This document shows, in pieces, positions 18,676 through 28,550 of a stretch of DNA of 64,000 nt. The notes below the pieces were generated by a model. The model was not told where the DNA came from. It did not search any database and saw only the letters and a list, made by a program, of their open reading frames with translations. This DNA is from Patescibacteria group bacterium (GTDB taxonomy: Bacteria; Patescibacteriota; Minisyncoccia; Phycocordibacterales; Phycocordibacteraceae). The stretch lies in contig JAGWWK010000002.1 in the NCBI GenBank assembly GCA_018970425.1, forward strand, positions 7,891-71,890. The letters run 5' to 3'. Every line of letters starts with the position of its first letter. Within the stretch, counting starts at the first letter, position 1. Both the position numbers and the translations under genes were made by a program.

Positions 18676-18701
18676 CAAAACTCCCCTCGCCGGGAGTTTT
18701 G
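18676..18701. terminator. bidirectional terminator at end of htpX
   Basis: CAAAACTCCC-ctcgcc-GGGAGTTTTG. Confidence 0.7.
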
Positions 18702-18704
18702 TGT

Positions 18705-19592
18705 TTACGAACCAAGAAGCGCTTTGACACGTTCTTCAACGGGAGGGTGCGTCATGAATAGTTTGTGAAGGCCCTTAAATGACTTTGCACCGAATGGACT
18801 CGAAATAAAGAGGTGCGCAGTCGCATCATTTGCAGTACGCATCGGTGCACTATACGCGCCAATTTTCTGAAGCGCGGACGCAAGCCCCTCTGGATAGCGA
18901 GTCATCAAGGCTCCCGACGCGTCAGCCAAAAACTCGCGCTTTCTAGAAATCGCAAGTTGTATGAGCTGCGCAATGATGGGCGAAAGAATAGCGAGCACGA
19001 GTCCTGCCACCACCATGACGGCGCCAAGGCGGTTATCGCGGTCTCCGGCCCCGTTAACCATCATTGAGCGAAGAAAGAAGTCCGAGAGGAGCGTTACAAA
19101 CCCAAGCAGCACGACGACCACCGTCATTACGAGCGTGTCGCGATTCTTTATATGCGACAGCTCGTGCGCTAAGACACCTTCAAGTTCTGACCGATCCATC
19201 ATGCGAAGGAGTCCCGTGGTCACCGCCACAACGCCATGCTTCGGGTCGCGGCCAGTCGCAAAGGCGTTCGGTGCCGGGTCGTCTATCATGTACACCTTAG
19301 GCATAGGCATACCTTCCGCAATCGCAAGGTTCTCGACGATGTTATACACATCTGGTGCTACCTCTTTCGTTACTGGCTTTGCACCAGTGGACGCAAGCGC
19401 GAGTTTGTCCGAGTACCAGTAGCTCCCCACGTTCATCGCAATCGAAAGAAATACTGCTATGTAGAGGATGCCTGGGTTGTCGAACGCATACGACAGTGCC
19501 CACCCGATGCCGATAACTGCGATAAAAAACGTGGTCATCAAAAACCACGTCTTCCGCACGTTCGCATCCGCTTGCGAATACAGTGTTGCCAT
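18705..19592 (-). CDS. htpX: zinc metalloprotease HtpX (M48)
   Basis: PNAFATG, HELSH, SRKREFLAD, THPP. Confidence 0.95.
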   Translation of the reverse strand: MATLYSQADANVRKTWFLMTTFFIAVIGIGWALSYAFDNPGILYIAVFLSIAMNVGSYWYSDKLALASTGAKPVTKEVAPDVYNIVENLAIAEGMPMPKVYMIDDPAPNAFATGRDPKHGVVAVTTGLLRMMDRSELEGVLAHELSHIKNRDTLVMTVVVVLLGFVTLLSDFFLRSMMVNGAGDRDNRLGAVMVVAGLVLAILSPIIAQLIQLAISRKREFLADASGALMTRYPEGLASALQKIGAYSAPMRTANDATAHLFISSPFGAKSFKGLHKLFMTHPPVEERVKALLGS

Positions 19593-19602
19593 ACGCTACC
19601 TA

Positions 19603-20163
19603 TTAGAACGTAACTGCGACTGGGTTTTTAGCTGCCTGGTCGGCCTCAGAGAGCTCGAAGAAGTCCATTGCCTTAAAGTTAAACCAGCCACCCACGAAGT
19701 TAGACGGAAACTGCTCGAGCGCGGTCTGAAGCTCCTGCACATTGCCATTGTAAAAGCGTCGCGCGGACTGAATTTTGTTTTCAGTGTCGGACAGCTCGCG
19801 TTGCAACTCAAGGAAGTTCTGATTTGCCTTGAGGTCCGGGTACGCCTCTGCAACCGCAAAGAGCGACTTCAAGGCTCCCGTAAGCATGTTCTCTGCCTCG
19901 GCGTGGTCTGCGACGGTTTGTGCACCAATAGCCGCGGCTCGAGCCCGCGTGACACTCTCAAACGCTTCACGCTCATGCGTGGCGTATCCCTTCACGGTCT
20001 GCACCAAGTTGGGAATGAGGTCATACCGGCGCTTGAGCTGTACGTCAATGTCAGCCCACGCTTCCTTAGTTCTGTTAACAAGGGTAACGAAGCGGTTGTA
20101 CGTTACGACGAGCCAGAGGCCGATCACAACAATACCGCCGAGAACGATATATAGTGGAATCAT
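19603..20163 (-). CDS. lemA: LemA family protein
   Basis: IDVQLKRRYDLIPNLV, EAYPDLKAN, ENKI..ARRFYN. Confidence 0.95.
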   Translation of the reverse strand: MIPLYIVLGGIVVIGLWLVVTYNRFVTLVNRTKEAWADIDVQLKRRYDLIPNLVQTVKGYATHEREAFESVTRARAAAIGAQTVADHAEAENMLTGALKSLFAVAEAYPDLKANQNFLELQRELSDTENKIQSARRFYNGNVQELQTALEQFPSNFVGGWFNFKAMDFFELSEADQAAKNPVAVTF

Positions 20164-20241
20164 ACATCCAGTATACCGTATACGCGCTTTCTAGCACTTC
20201 TTGTTAGAGAGTGTGGTCTACGAGCCCTCTCGCTGCGCGCA

Positions 20242-21876
20242 CTAGTAATCCATGCCGCCTGGCATCTGGGGAGCTTCCTTCTTCTCCTCTGGCTCTTCTG
20301 CAATAGCAGCCTCGGTAGTAAGAAGAATTGCCGCTGCTGAAACCGCATGCTGCACGCCACCGCGCGTCACCTTGACCGGATCAATAATGCCAGCCGCGAC
20401 CATATCAACCACCACGACATCATTCATCGCGTCATAACCCGCGAAACCTTTTGCCTTCTTGACCTCCTCAACAATCACTTCTCCGGAATCCTTACCCGCA
20501 TTGATCGCAATCTGCTTCAAGGGCTTTAGGAGCGCAGCGAGAACAATGTTATATCCAACAGTCTCCTCAACACCGAGCTTCTTCCAATCAGTCTCCGCTT
20601 CAACCTTTTGCGCTGCTTTGACGAGCGCGGTACCACCGCCGGGCACTATGCCCTCTGCAATAGCTGCCTTTGTCGCATTCACCGCATCCTCAATCTTGTC
20701 TTTGAGATACTTCATCTCCGTCTCCGTTGCGGCACCAACCTTAATCACAGCAACGCCTCCGGAGAGCTTCGCGATGCGCTCCTCGAGCTTCTCCTTATCA
20801 AACTTTGATGTCGTATCTGAGAGCTGCTTCTTAAGTGCGGCAACACGTCCGTCAATCTCCTTCTTCGTTCCTTTACCGCCAACTACAATGGTCGAGTCCT
20901 TGGTCGCAATAACTTTTGCCGCACGTCCAAGCATCGAGAGTTCAGTTTTATCGAGCTTAAGGCCTACCTCTTCGGTAATGACTGTACCGCCCGTAAGTAC
21001 CGCGATGTCCTGGAGCATCTCCTTTTTGCGATCACCGTACCCCGGAGCCTTGACCGCGAGGACGCTAAACGTGCCGCGAATCTTGTTCACCACAAACGTA
21101 GCAAGAGCTTCGCCCTCTACGTCGTCTGCGATAATCACCAACTCTTTCTTTCCCGTTCGAGCAACCGCTTCAAGAACCGGTAGCACTTCCTGAATGGATG
21201 CGATCTTCTTGTCTGTTATGAGGATTGCTGTTTCTTTGTACTCGGCAGCCATTTTGTCCGCGTTCGTGATCATATACGGAGAGATGTAGCCGCGATCGAA
21301 CTCGAGACCCTCAACTACCTCCTTGTCGATACCGAATGACTGCGACTCCTCAACCGTCACTACGCCGTTCTGCCCAACCTCGGCAATCACCTCCGCGATA
21401 GTCTCACCGATCTCTGCGCTCTCCGCTGAAATCGTTGCGACTTGTTTGATGTCTTTGTCTCCCTGCACCGGCTTTGCGATAGACTTGAGCGCCTTCACGG
21501 TTGCCTCCGCCGCTTTCTCCATTCCCACACGCACCTGCATGGCGTTCACACCCATCGCAGTGTGCTTCATCCCTTCATCAACAAGCGCCTGAAAGAGTAC
21601 TACCGAAGTGGTGGTTCCGTCGCCCGCGAGGTCATTGGTCTTATTTGCGACCTCCTTCACGATCTCCGCCCCCATGTTTTCAAACTTGTCCTTGAGAGAA
21701 ATTTCTTTAGCAATCGTGACGCCGTCATTGGTCATGTGCGGACCGCCGTACCCCTTGTCGAGGATGACATTTCTGCCTCGCGGACCAAGCGTTACCTTAA
21801 CTGCCTGCGCGGCTATATCAACTCCTCGCTTGAGCGCTGAGCGTGCTGCCGCGTCGAATAGAACTTTTTTTGCCAT
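20242..21876 (-). CDS. groL: chaperonin GroEL
   Basis: TLGPRGRNV, AGDGTTT, GGGTAL, C-terminal MPGGM. Confidence 0.98.
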   Translation of the reverse strand: MAKKVLFDAAARSALKRGVDIAAQAVKVTLGPRGRNVILDKGYGGPHMTNDGVTIAKEISLKDKFENMGAEIVKEVANKTNDLAGDGTTTSVVLFQALVDEGMKHTAMGVNAMQVRVGMEKAAEATVKALKSIAKPVQGDKDIKQVATISAESAEIGETIAEVIAEVGQNGVVTVEESQSFGIDKEVVEGLEFDRGYISPYMITNADKMAAEYKETAILITDKKIASIQEVLPVLEAVARTGKKELVIIADDVEGEALATFVVNKIRGTFSVLAVKAPGYGDRKKEMLQDIAVLTGGTVITEEVGLKLDKTELSMLGRAAKVIATKDSTIVVGGKGTKKEIDGRVAALKKQLSDTTSKFDKEKLEERIAKLSGGVAVIKVGAATETEMKYLKDKIEDAVNATKAAIAEGIVPGGGTALVKAAQKVEAETDWKKLGVEETVGYNIVLAALLKPLKQIAINAGKDSGEVIVEEVKKAKGFAGYDAMNDVVVVDMVAAGIIDPVKVTRGGVQHAVSAAAILLTTEAAIAEEPEEKKEAPQMPGGMDY

Positions 21877-21896
21877 AGTGTTTCTGTGTTCGATAC

Positions 21897-22277
21897 TTAT
21901 GCGTGAATAATTGCGAGCACATTGGACTCAGCGATGACGTAGTACGTCGTGCCGGCCAAGGTAATCTCATCAAATCCATACTTAGAAAACATAACGCGAT
22001 CACCAACCGAGACTGACATCGGGACTCGTCCATCGCCATCCTCGTTCCACTTGCCGGGACCGACAGCGATCACCGTACCCTGCTCTGGCTTTTCTTTAGC
22101 GGTATCCGGAATAATGATTCCAGAAGCTGTAGTCCTGCCCATCTCCTCTGCCGTGAGCGGTCGAATGACGATGCGGTCACCAAGCGGTGCGACGGGGCCC
22201 GAGTGGATTCGTGCCGGTGCTGCTTTAACCTTTGACTTTACTGCCTTTTTTGCGGGCGCGCGGTTTTTCTTTTTCAT
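21897..22277 (-). CDS. groS: co-chaperonin GroES with basic N-terminal extension
   Basis: PLGDRIV, SGIIIPDTAKEKP, AVGPG. Confidence 0.95.
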   Translation of the reverse strand: MKKKNRAPAKKAVKSKVKAAPARIHSGPVAPLGDRIVIRPLTAEEMGRTTASGIIIPDTAKEKPEQGTVIAVGPGKWNEDGDGRVPMSVSVGDRVMFSKYGFDEITLAGTTYYVIAESNVLAIIHA

Positions 22278-22358
22278 AGTGCACCTAGTATAGGGAAAAG
22301 GTGCCCCTCGCGCAAATCTGGTTGCCGCCCCCTCTCGCCGTGCTATACTCTACCCGGT

Positions 22359-22598
22359 ATGGCAACAGTTCTTGCATCACTCCAGGGATTCCTACCTCTT
22401 GCCCAGACATGCGTTGCGCTCCTTATTGTAGGCGCCATTCTTCTGCAGACGAGAGGCGCCGGCCTATCTGCTTTCCAGGACTCATCGGCGCAGACGTTCT
22501 ATAAGCGTCGTGGCGGAGAGCTCTTCCTGTTTCAGGCAACGATCGTGCTTGGCGTCGTCTTCGTACTCCTTGCGCTCGCGTCGCTTATAGCGCAATAA
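22359..22598 (+). CDS. secG: preprotein translocase subunit SecG
   Basis: Two TM; ILLQ.RGAGLS, RRG.E motif. Confidence 0.85.
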   Translation: MATVLASLQGFLPLAQTCVALLIVGAILLQTRGAGLSAFQDSSAQTFYKRRGGELFLFQATIVLGVVFVLLALASLIAQ

Positions 22599-22611
22599 CT
22601 TTCTCCTCGTC

Positions 22612-24267
22612 ATGAGGTTTTCATTCACCACTGAGCGCATCCCCCTGAGCGCAGGCGACTGGTTTATCCTCGGCGCCCTCGGCGCGCTCTTTGCCGTCGG
22701 CACCTACTGGCTTCTCGCGACTATCTACTTCCGCTTCACCACTGAGGTGCCAGCACGCGGAGGCGCGATGACTGAAGGCATTGTCGGCACACCTCGCTTC
22801 ATTAACCCAGTGCTCGCGATTTCAGACGCCGATCGTGACGCCACGGAGCTCTTATTTGCCGGTCTTATGCATCCGACGCTGAGCGGTATGCAGCCCGACC
22901 TCGCTGAAGGGTATACGCTCTCCGATGATCGCAGGACCTACACTTTTACCCTGCGCCCCGACGCCGTATTTCACGACGGAACGCGCGTAACGGCTGACGA
23001 TGTGGCATTTACCATCGCCCGGATCCAAGACCCTGCTATAAAAAGCCCGAAGCGTCCGAATTGGGAGGGAGTCGCAGTTGCAGTTAGTGACGAGCGCACC
23101 ATCTCATTCACACTGCGCGAGCCCTACGCACCGTTTCTCGACAACACAGATGTCGGCATTATCCCAAAGCGACTATGGGACACTGTGCGCCCTGACGAGT
23201 TCCCCTTCTCCAAGCTCAATGTAGAGCCGGTAGGCGCCGGACCATTCCGTGTGCAGCGTCTCGTCACAAACGCCTCAGGGATCCCCGAACGTCTCGACCT
23301 CACCGCATTCTCACGCGCGATACATCCGCCGTTCATTGAATCGTACACGTTACGCTTTTTCAGCGACCCGAATGCACTCGCTCTTGCCGTATCACGAGAC
23401 AGTACGCTCGCGGCGCACTCTATAACTCCTGAAATGAGCGCAGGGCAGCGCGCCTACGACGCGGTGTTCGGTCGCGTATTTGCAGTCTTTTTCAATCAGA
23501 ATGAAAATGCGCTATTCGCCTCGCGCGCGGTGAGAAGCGCGCTCGACGCCGCGCTTGACAAAGAAGCGCTCGTGCGTACACTGATAGGAGGGTATGGCTC
23601 CGTAGCCGTCGGTCCGCTTCCAAAAGAGTCGTCCGCAGATAACACGCCATGGTCGGCAGATCGTGCAGCGTCTATCCTTGCCGCGGATGGATGGTTGCGC
23701 GGAGAGGACGGCATCTGGACCAAGACCGTTAAAAAGTCCACAACGCGCCTCGCGTTCACGCTCACTACGTCGAACGCACCCGAACTCAAGCAGGCGGCGG
23801 AACTTGTGGCAGACTCGTGGCGCGCGCTCGGCGCAGATGTCACGGTAGCGTACTTTGACCAAAACGATCTGCAGCAGGATGTCATTCGTCCGCGAAAATA
23901 TGACGCGCTCCTCTTCGGCATTGTTGTCGGGCGGGACGCAGACCTCTTCGCGTTCTGGGACTCGAGCCAACGGAACGATCCCGGACTCAATATCGCGCTC
24001 TATACGAATGCCGACGTTGACGCGATCCTCCGTAAGACGAGAACCGCTGAAGACCCAACCGAGCGCACCGCGCTCGCGGAGAAGGCAGCAGACATCATTG
24101 CGAAAGAGGTTGCTGCCGTATTCCTCTACACACCGCACTTTCTGTACCTGACTGACCCGCGCGTCCGAGGCGTCACGCTCGACACAATCGTGACACCGGC
24201 AGACCGATTCGCGTCGATCACGGACTGGTACATAGACACGGAACGCATTTGGCCGATTTTCAGGTAA
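22612..24267 (+). CDS. ABC transporter family-5 (peptide/nickel) substrate-binding protein with TM anchor
   Basis: PDLA, YTFTLR, FHDG..VTADDVAFT, PVGAGPF; no permease adjacent. Confidence 0.88.
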   Translation: MRFSFTTERIPLSAGDWFILGALGALFAVGTYWLLATIYFRFTTEVPARGGAMTEGIVGTPRFINPVLAISDADRDATELLFAGLMHPTLSGMQPDLAEGYTLSDDRRTYTFTLRPDAVFHDGTRVTADDVAFTIARIQDPAIKSPKRPNWEGVAVAVSDERTISFTLREPYAPFLDNTDVGIIPKRLWDTVRPDEFPFSKLNVEPVGAGPFRVQRLVTNASGIPERLDLTAFSRAIHPPFIESYTLRFFSDPNALALAVSRDSTLAAHSITPEMSAGQRAYDAVFGRVFAVFFNQNENALFASRAVRSALDAALDKEALVRTLIGGYGSVAVGPLPKESSADNTPWSADRAASILAADGWLRGEDGIWTKTVKKSTTRLAFTLTTSNAPELKQAAELVADSWRALGADVTVAYFDQNDLQQDVIRPRKYDALLFGIVVGRDADLFAFWDSSQRNDPGLNIALYTNADVDAILRKTRTAEDPTERTALAEKAADIIAKEVAAVFLYTPHFLYLTDPRVRGVTLDTIVTPADRFASITDWYIDTERIWPIFR

Positions 24268-24392
24268 GACGCCACGCCTCACCGCCACGGCAGCCCTGAA
24301 CTATGTGCTACGCATTTCAGATTCGATATACCAAGTACACCAGTACACGTATTCACACTTAAAAAATTATTTATAGTATTGTTTAACATCAT

Positions 24393-26447
24393 ATGAATGA
24401 AGTATCACCAGCCCAGGGAGAGCAACCGAGCGATCACCGGCGTCCGTACTCAGCCGCGCCACGACGCGACTTTCGCGGACCGCGTCGCCCGTTTTCCGCT
24501 CGGGGCGGACACCGACCGCACCGTAGCGCTCCTATTCCACGGAACGGAGAGCAGGCCGCTCCACGACCTGACGACATAGTCCGCGAACCCGCGGCACTAA
24601 GTCCCCGCGGCGCCCATGGCGCACCACGCGGGCGTGGCGCAGATCGCGGCCGCGGAGGTCCGAGGCGCGGTCGCGGACATTTCCGCCGACCGCCATCAAT
24701 GCCACGGCAGCCGTTTAATGAACCTGAAGCGCGTGAGCGCGTCGTGCTCCCCGTCCTAACTGATGACATGGTGCGCATTGTGCCACTCGGCGGCGTTGAG
24801 GAAGTTGGACGCAACATGCTTGCCGTTGAAACGCCAGCCGGCATCATCATTTCAGATGCGGGATTTCAATTTACCCGTGAGATGAACACACCGGGCGTAG
24901 ACTACATCCTCCCGAATACGCGATGGCTCGAGGACAACCGCGACCGCATCCTCGCTTTGTTTGTCACGCACGGCCACTTGGACCACATCGGCGGTATTCC
25001 GTTCATGATGGACCGCATCGGTAATCCGCCAATCTATACGCAGTACCTGACGTCTCTCATGATTAAGAAGCGTCAGGAAGAGTTCCCGCACCAGCCGCAG
25101 CTCGACATCCACGTGATGGATATCGGCTCATCCGTACTATTGACCGCAAAGGACGGCAAGACCGTGACGGTTAAAACATTCCCGGTGACGCACTCGATTC
25201 CCGACTCTATGGGTATCTCAATCGTCACGAAACATGGCAACATAGTCATCTCTGGCGACCTCAAGCTCGAGCACGAGGACGGAACGCCTACAGAGCGCGA
25301 GCGCACCGTCTGGGGGGCGCTCGGCAAAGATCGGAACATCATGTTCATCGCCGACTCCACGAACGCTGAGCGCGAAGGATTCTCTATTCCGGAAAAGAAG
25401 GTATTCGCCACACTTGAGGACATAATCACGACAGTCAAAGGCCGCTTGGTGATCGGACTCATCGCATCAAACTTCGAGCGCATGATCCGCATCATTATGG
25501 CGGCGGAGCGTAGTGGCAGAAAAGTTATTCTCGAGGGCCGATCGGTCAAAAACAACATAGAAATCGCGCAGATCGCGAAGTTCTTTGAGGCACGTAAAGG
25601 CACCATCATCCCTGCCGAGGCAATCAACGACTACCCATCGGACAAGATCGTTATTATGTGTACCGGTGCGCAGGGCGAGGACGCAGCCGCGCTCATGCGC
25701 ATCGCCACCAAGAAGCATAAGTTCATCACCTTCAACGAGCGCGACACAGTAGTGCTCTCGTCGTCTATTATTCCAGGCAATGAAATGCAGGTACAGAAGC
25801 TCAAAGACAACCTCCTGCGCCATGGCCTCTCGATAGTCCACTATCGCTCATCGGACGTGCACTCAACCGGCCACGGCAACACTGGCGAACTTGTATGGAT
25901 GCGCCAGCAGGTCAACCCGAACTTCTTTATGCCCGCGTACGGTTACCACTCAATGCTCAGGAACCACGCCGCGGCGCAGATTGCCTCGGGCTTTCCGAAG
26001 GATCATGTGATCATCCCTGACAACGGCACGGTCATCGACATAACAAACGGCACCGAGCTTACGGTGCATCGCGAAAAGCTCCCAAACACGCCGGTGATGG
26101 TGGACGGCTTCTCTATTGGAGACATGCAGGAAGTAGTGATCCGCGACCGGCAAGCACTCGCAAAGGACGGTATGTTCGTCATCATCGCAACAGTCAATAT
26201 CCGCTCGGGCCAGCTCAAAAAGTCCCCGGACATCATCAGCCGCGGCTTTGTGTACTTGCGCGAGTCACAAGGACTACTCTCTGAAGCTCGCCTCCTCGTG
26301 AAAAAGTCTATCGAGGACATGACGCGCGAAATGAACCCCGTGGACCTCGAGCTCGTTAAAACGCAACTCTCAGACACCATCGAACGCTACCTCTTCCAAA
26401 AGACCAGCAAGCGTCCAATGGTGATTCCAGTCCTTATCGGTGTCTAA
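24393..26447 (+). CDS. rnj: ribonuclease J
   Basis: PLGGVEEVGRNM, THGHLDHIG, HSIPD, HSTGH, PDIISRGFVY. Confidence 0.95.
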   Translation: MNEVSPAQGEQPSDHRRPYSAAPRRDFRGPRRPFSARGGHRPHRSAPIPRNGEQAAPRPDDIVREPAALSPRGAHGAPRGRGADRGRGGPRRGRGHFRRPPSMPRQPFNEPEARERVVLPVLTDDMVRIVPLGGVEEVGRNMLAVETPAGIIISDAGFQFTREMNTPGVDYILPNTRWLEDNRDRILALFVTHGHLDHIGGIPFMMDRIGNPPIYTQYLTSLMIKKRQEEFPHQPQLDIHVMDIGSSVLLTAKDGKTVTVKTFPVTHSIPDSMGISIVTKHGNIVISGDLKLEHEDGTPTERERTVWGALGKDRNIMFIADSTNAEREGFSIPEKKVFATLEDIITTVKGRLVIGLIASNFERMIRIIMAAERSGRKVILEGRSVKNNIEIAQIAKFFEARKGTIIPAEAINDYPSDKIVIMCTGAQGEDAAALMRIATKKHKFITFNERDTVVLSSSIIPGNEMQVQKLKDNLLRHGLSIVHYRSSDVHSTGHGNTGELVWMRQQVNPNFFMPAYGYHSMLRNHAAAQIASGFPKDHVIIPDNGTVIDITNGTELTVHREKLPNTPVMVDGFSIGDMQEVVIRDRQALAKDGMFVIIATVNIRSGQLKKSPDIISRGFVYLRESQGLLSEARLLVKKSIEDMTREMNPVDLELVKTQLSDTIERYLFQKTSKRPMVIPVLIGV

Positions 26448-26460
26448 GCACGAGTACCTG

Positions 26461-26491
26461 AAACCCGTTCCAATGCATCGGAACGGGTTTT
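26461..26491 (+). terminator. intrinsic terminator after rnj
   Basis: AAACCCGTTCC-aatgcatc-GGAACGGGTTTT. Confidence 0.8.
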
Positions 26492-26621
26492 ATGCTTTCC
26501 CACGTAGTCACGCGAGTGGATGGATGACTCCGATTTCCGCAAACGCGCGAGCATAGTCCGCGCTTCGCGGCCGCACGGCTCGGGAACCACCCACCCCGAG
26601 CGTCCACGCTATACTGCCCCT

Positions 26622-27776
26622 ATGTACGCGTTGTTTTCCCGACCGCTCATACTCGTTGGCAATTTTTTGGTGCAGTACCACTACTATGTCATCGCGTTCT
26701 TACTCTCGCCGTTTCTTGCCGCGTTTGTCGGCGTCGAATACGTAGGGTATGCGTTTATCGCATCTTCAATCCTCGCAACTCTCCTCCTCTACGCTGCGCC
26801 GCCCATTTTCCGCTCATTCGGTACCACTAATGTTATCGGGACAGTGGGCGTTCTGGAGGCACTCATACTGGTCGCACTGACGCAGGTTTCTCATCCTTAT
26901 ATGGCGGTAATCCTTGTGACGGCGCAGTCTACGCTCGCGTACATGCTGTTTATCGGCATGGACCTTGTCATAGAGTCCTCAACCGCTACTGAGCGCGTTA
27001 CAGGACAAACGAGAACTGCATACCTCACGATCACTAATCTCGCGGTCCTTGCGGCTACATTGTCACTGTCTGTGCTCGTAGTACAAGACGCCTATGGCCC
27101 CGCGTTCATCACCTCGGTCGTCGTACTCCTTCTCTTTGTCATACATGCGCGCTTCTTCTTCCCTGCGGTGTCGTATGTAAGCTCGCCCGAGGCGGACGGA
27201 AGCGTGATCGCGAGACTTTCGACTGACCAGTCTGTGCGCAACATTTCGGCAGCACACCTCGTACTGCAGACATTCTTCTCGTGGATGGCTATTTACATTC
27301 CGGTTCTCCTCTTTATGTATCAGGGCTTCAGCTGGGCCGAGATTGGCATTATTCTCTCTATCGCCATGCTTCCGTACATTCTGTTTGAGTACCCGTTCGG
27401 ATATATCGCTGACCGCTACATCGGAGAGCAGGAACTCCTGATTCTCGGATTCATTATTATGAGCGCGTCGCTTATCGCTATTCCATTTCTACCGCAACAG
27501 GACTTCTGGCTCTGGACTGCCGTAATGTTCATAGCCCGAATCGGTGCCGCGATGGTTGAGGCAATGACCGAGGTGCATTTTTTCCGCCGCGTCTCCCACT
27601 CCGACACAAGCATCATCACTTTTTTTAGGGCGTTGAAACCGATCGGTTCTATCATTGGCCCGTTGATTGCCGGAGTATGTCTCATCTTCCTCGACCTCAC
27701 CACCACATTTGCAGTTCTCGGCGTCGCCACCTGTGTCGGCATCATCTTTTCTCGACGGATCATTGACTCAAAGTAA
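26622..27776 (+). CDS. MFS transporter
   Basis: About 12 TM, G.IADRY.G motif A; start 6 nt after TATACT. Confidence 0.85.
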   Translation: MYALFSRPLILVGNFLVQYHYYVIAFLLSPFLAAFVGVEYVGYAFIASSILATLLLYAAPPIFRSFGTTNVIGTVGVLEALILVALTQVSHPYMAVILVTAQSTLAYMLFIGMDLVIESSTATERVTGQTRTAYLTITNLAVLAATLSLSVLVVQDAYGPAFITSVVVLLLFVIHARFFFPAVSYVSSPEADGSVIARLSTDQSVRNISAAHLVLQTFFSWMAIYIPVLLFMYQGFSWAEIGIILSIAMLPYILFEYPFGYIADRYIGEQELLILGFIIMSASLIAIPFLPQQDFWLWTAVMFIARIGAAMVEAMTEVHFFRRVSHSDTSIITFFRALKPIGSIIGPLIAGVCLIFLDLTTTFAVLGVATCVGIIFSRRIIDSK

Positions 27777-28550
27777 CTAGATGAGCCCCTCGGCTCGTAG
27801 CGCCTTGCGTATCGCACGCACACGCCGCGCGGGAAAGCCGGTGACTTTTGAACCCGTGAGTGCGGCGCGCACGAGAGCACCGCGGATCTCGCGATCCGAA
27901 CCCTTGAACGGCTTTTGTCTCGCGTGGTGACGCGAACGGCGTGAAGGATTGGGTATGCTTTTTTTGAGGTGTGAACCGTAGTCCATAAGTGCCGCGTACC
28001 ACACCCGGGGCTGAACACCTCGCGGTACCCGTATATGCGGAATGATTTCCGCATCCGCTACCGTGTCGCGACGCGGAAAGAGGTGGTGCAGGTACACAGC
28101 TCGAATGTTGGTTTCAATAAGCACACGAGGTTCATTATGTGCGAACACGCGTACTGCGTTTGCAGTATAAGGTCCTACACCAGGCAACTCCTCAAGCACG
28201 CCTCCCCATCGTTTAGACGCTTCCCACAGATACTTTGCGCGACGGTTGTACCCGAGGCCCTGCCACAACCTGAGCACATCAACAAGTGGGGCTTGCGCAA
28301 GCGCGTCAGCGTTTGGATAACGCTCAATAAACGCACTAAACTTAGGGACCACCCGATCAACCTGCGTCTGCTGTAGCATCACTTCGGAGACAAGAATCTG
28401 ATACGGATCGACGGTCTTGCGCCACGGCAGCTCGTGCCGGCCATGCGTTCGATAATACTGTAAAACTATTTTTGTGAGTTCCTGCAACACCTTCGGGCTG
28501 GCCCGCCCTCGGCGGCGCGTTATGTGCGCGCGCTTACTTCTTTTTTTCAA
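27777..28550 (-). CDS. mutY: A/G-specific adenine glycosylase (short, no Fe-S cysteines)
   Basis: LPWR, PY.ILVSEVMLQQTQV, WQGLGYNRRA, LPGVGPYTA; start uncertain (TTG chosen). Confidence 0.85.
   Translation of the reverse strand: MKKRSKRAHITRRRGRASPKVLQELTKIVLQYYRTHGRHELPWRKTVDPYQILVSEVMLQQTQVDRVVPKFSAFIERYPNADALAQAPLVDVLRLWQGLGYNRRAKYLWEASKRWGGVLEELPGVGPYTANAVRVFAHNEPRVLIETNIRAVYLHHLFPRRDTVADAEIIPHIRVPRGVQPRVWYAALMDYGSHLKKSIPNPSRRSRHHARQKPFKGSDREIRGALVRAALTGSKVTGFPARRVRAIRKALRAEGLI

Noticed and set aside
20459-21193. Long antisense ORFs over groL (and similar over lepA, typA, valS, kinase)
   Set aside because: Shadow frames of conserved genes with biased codon use; no motifs.
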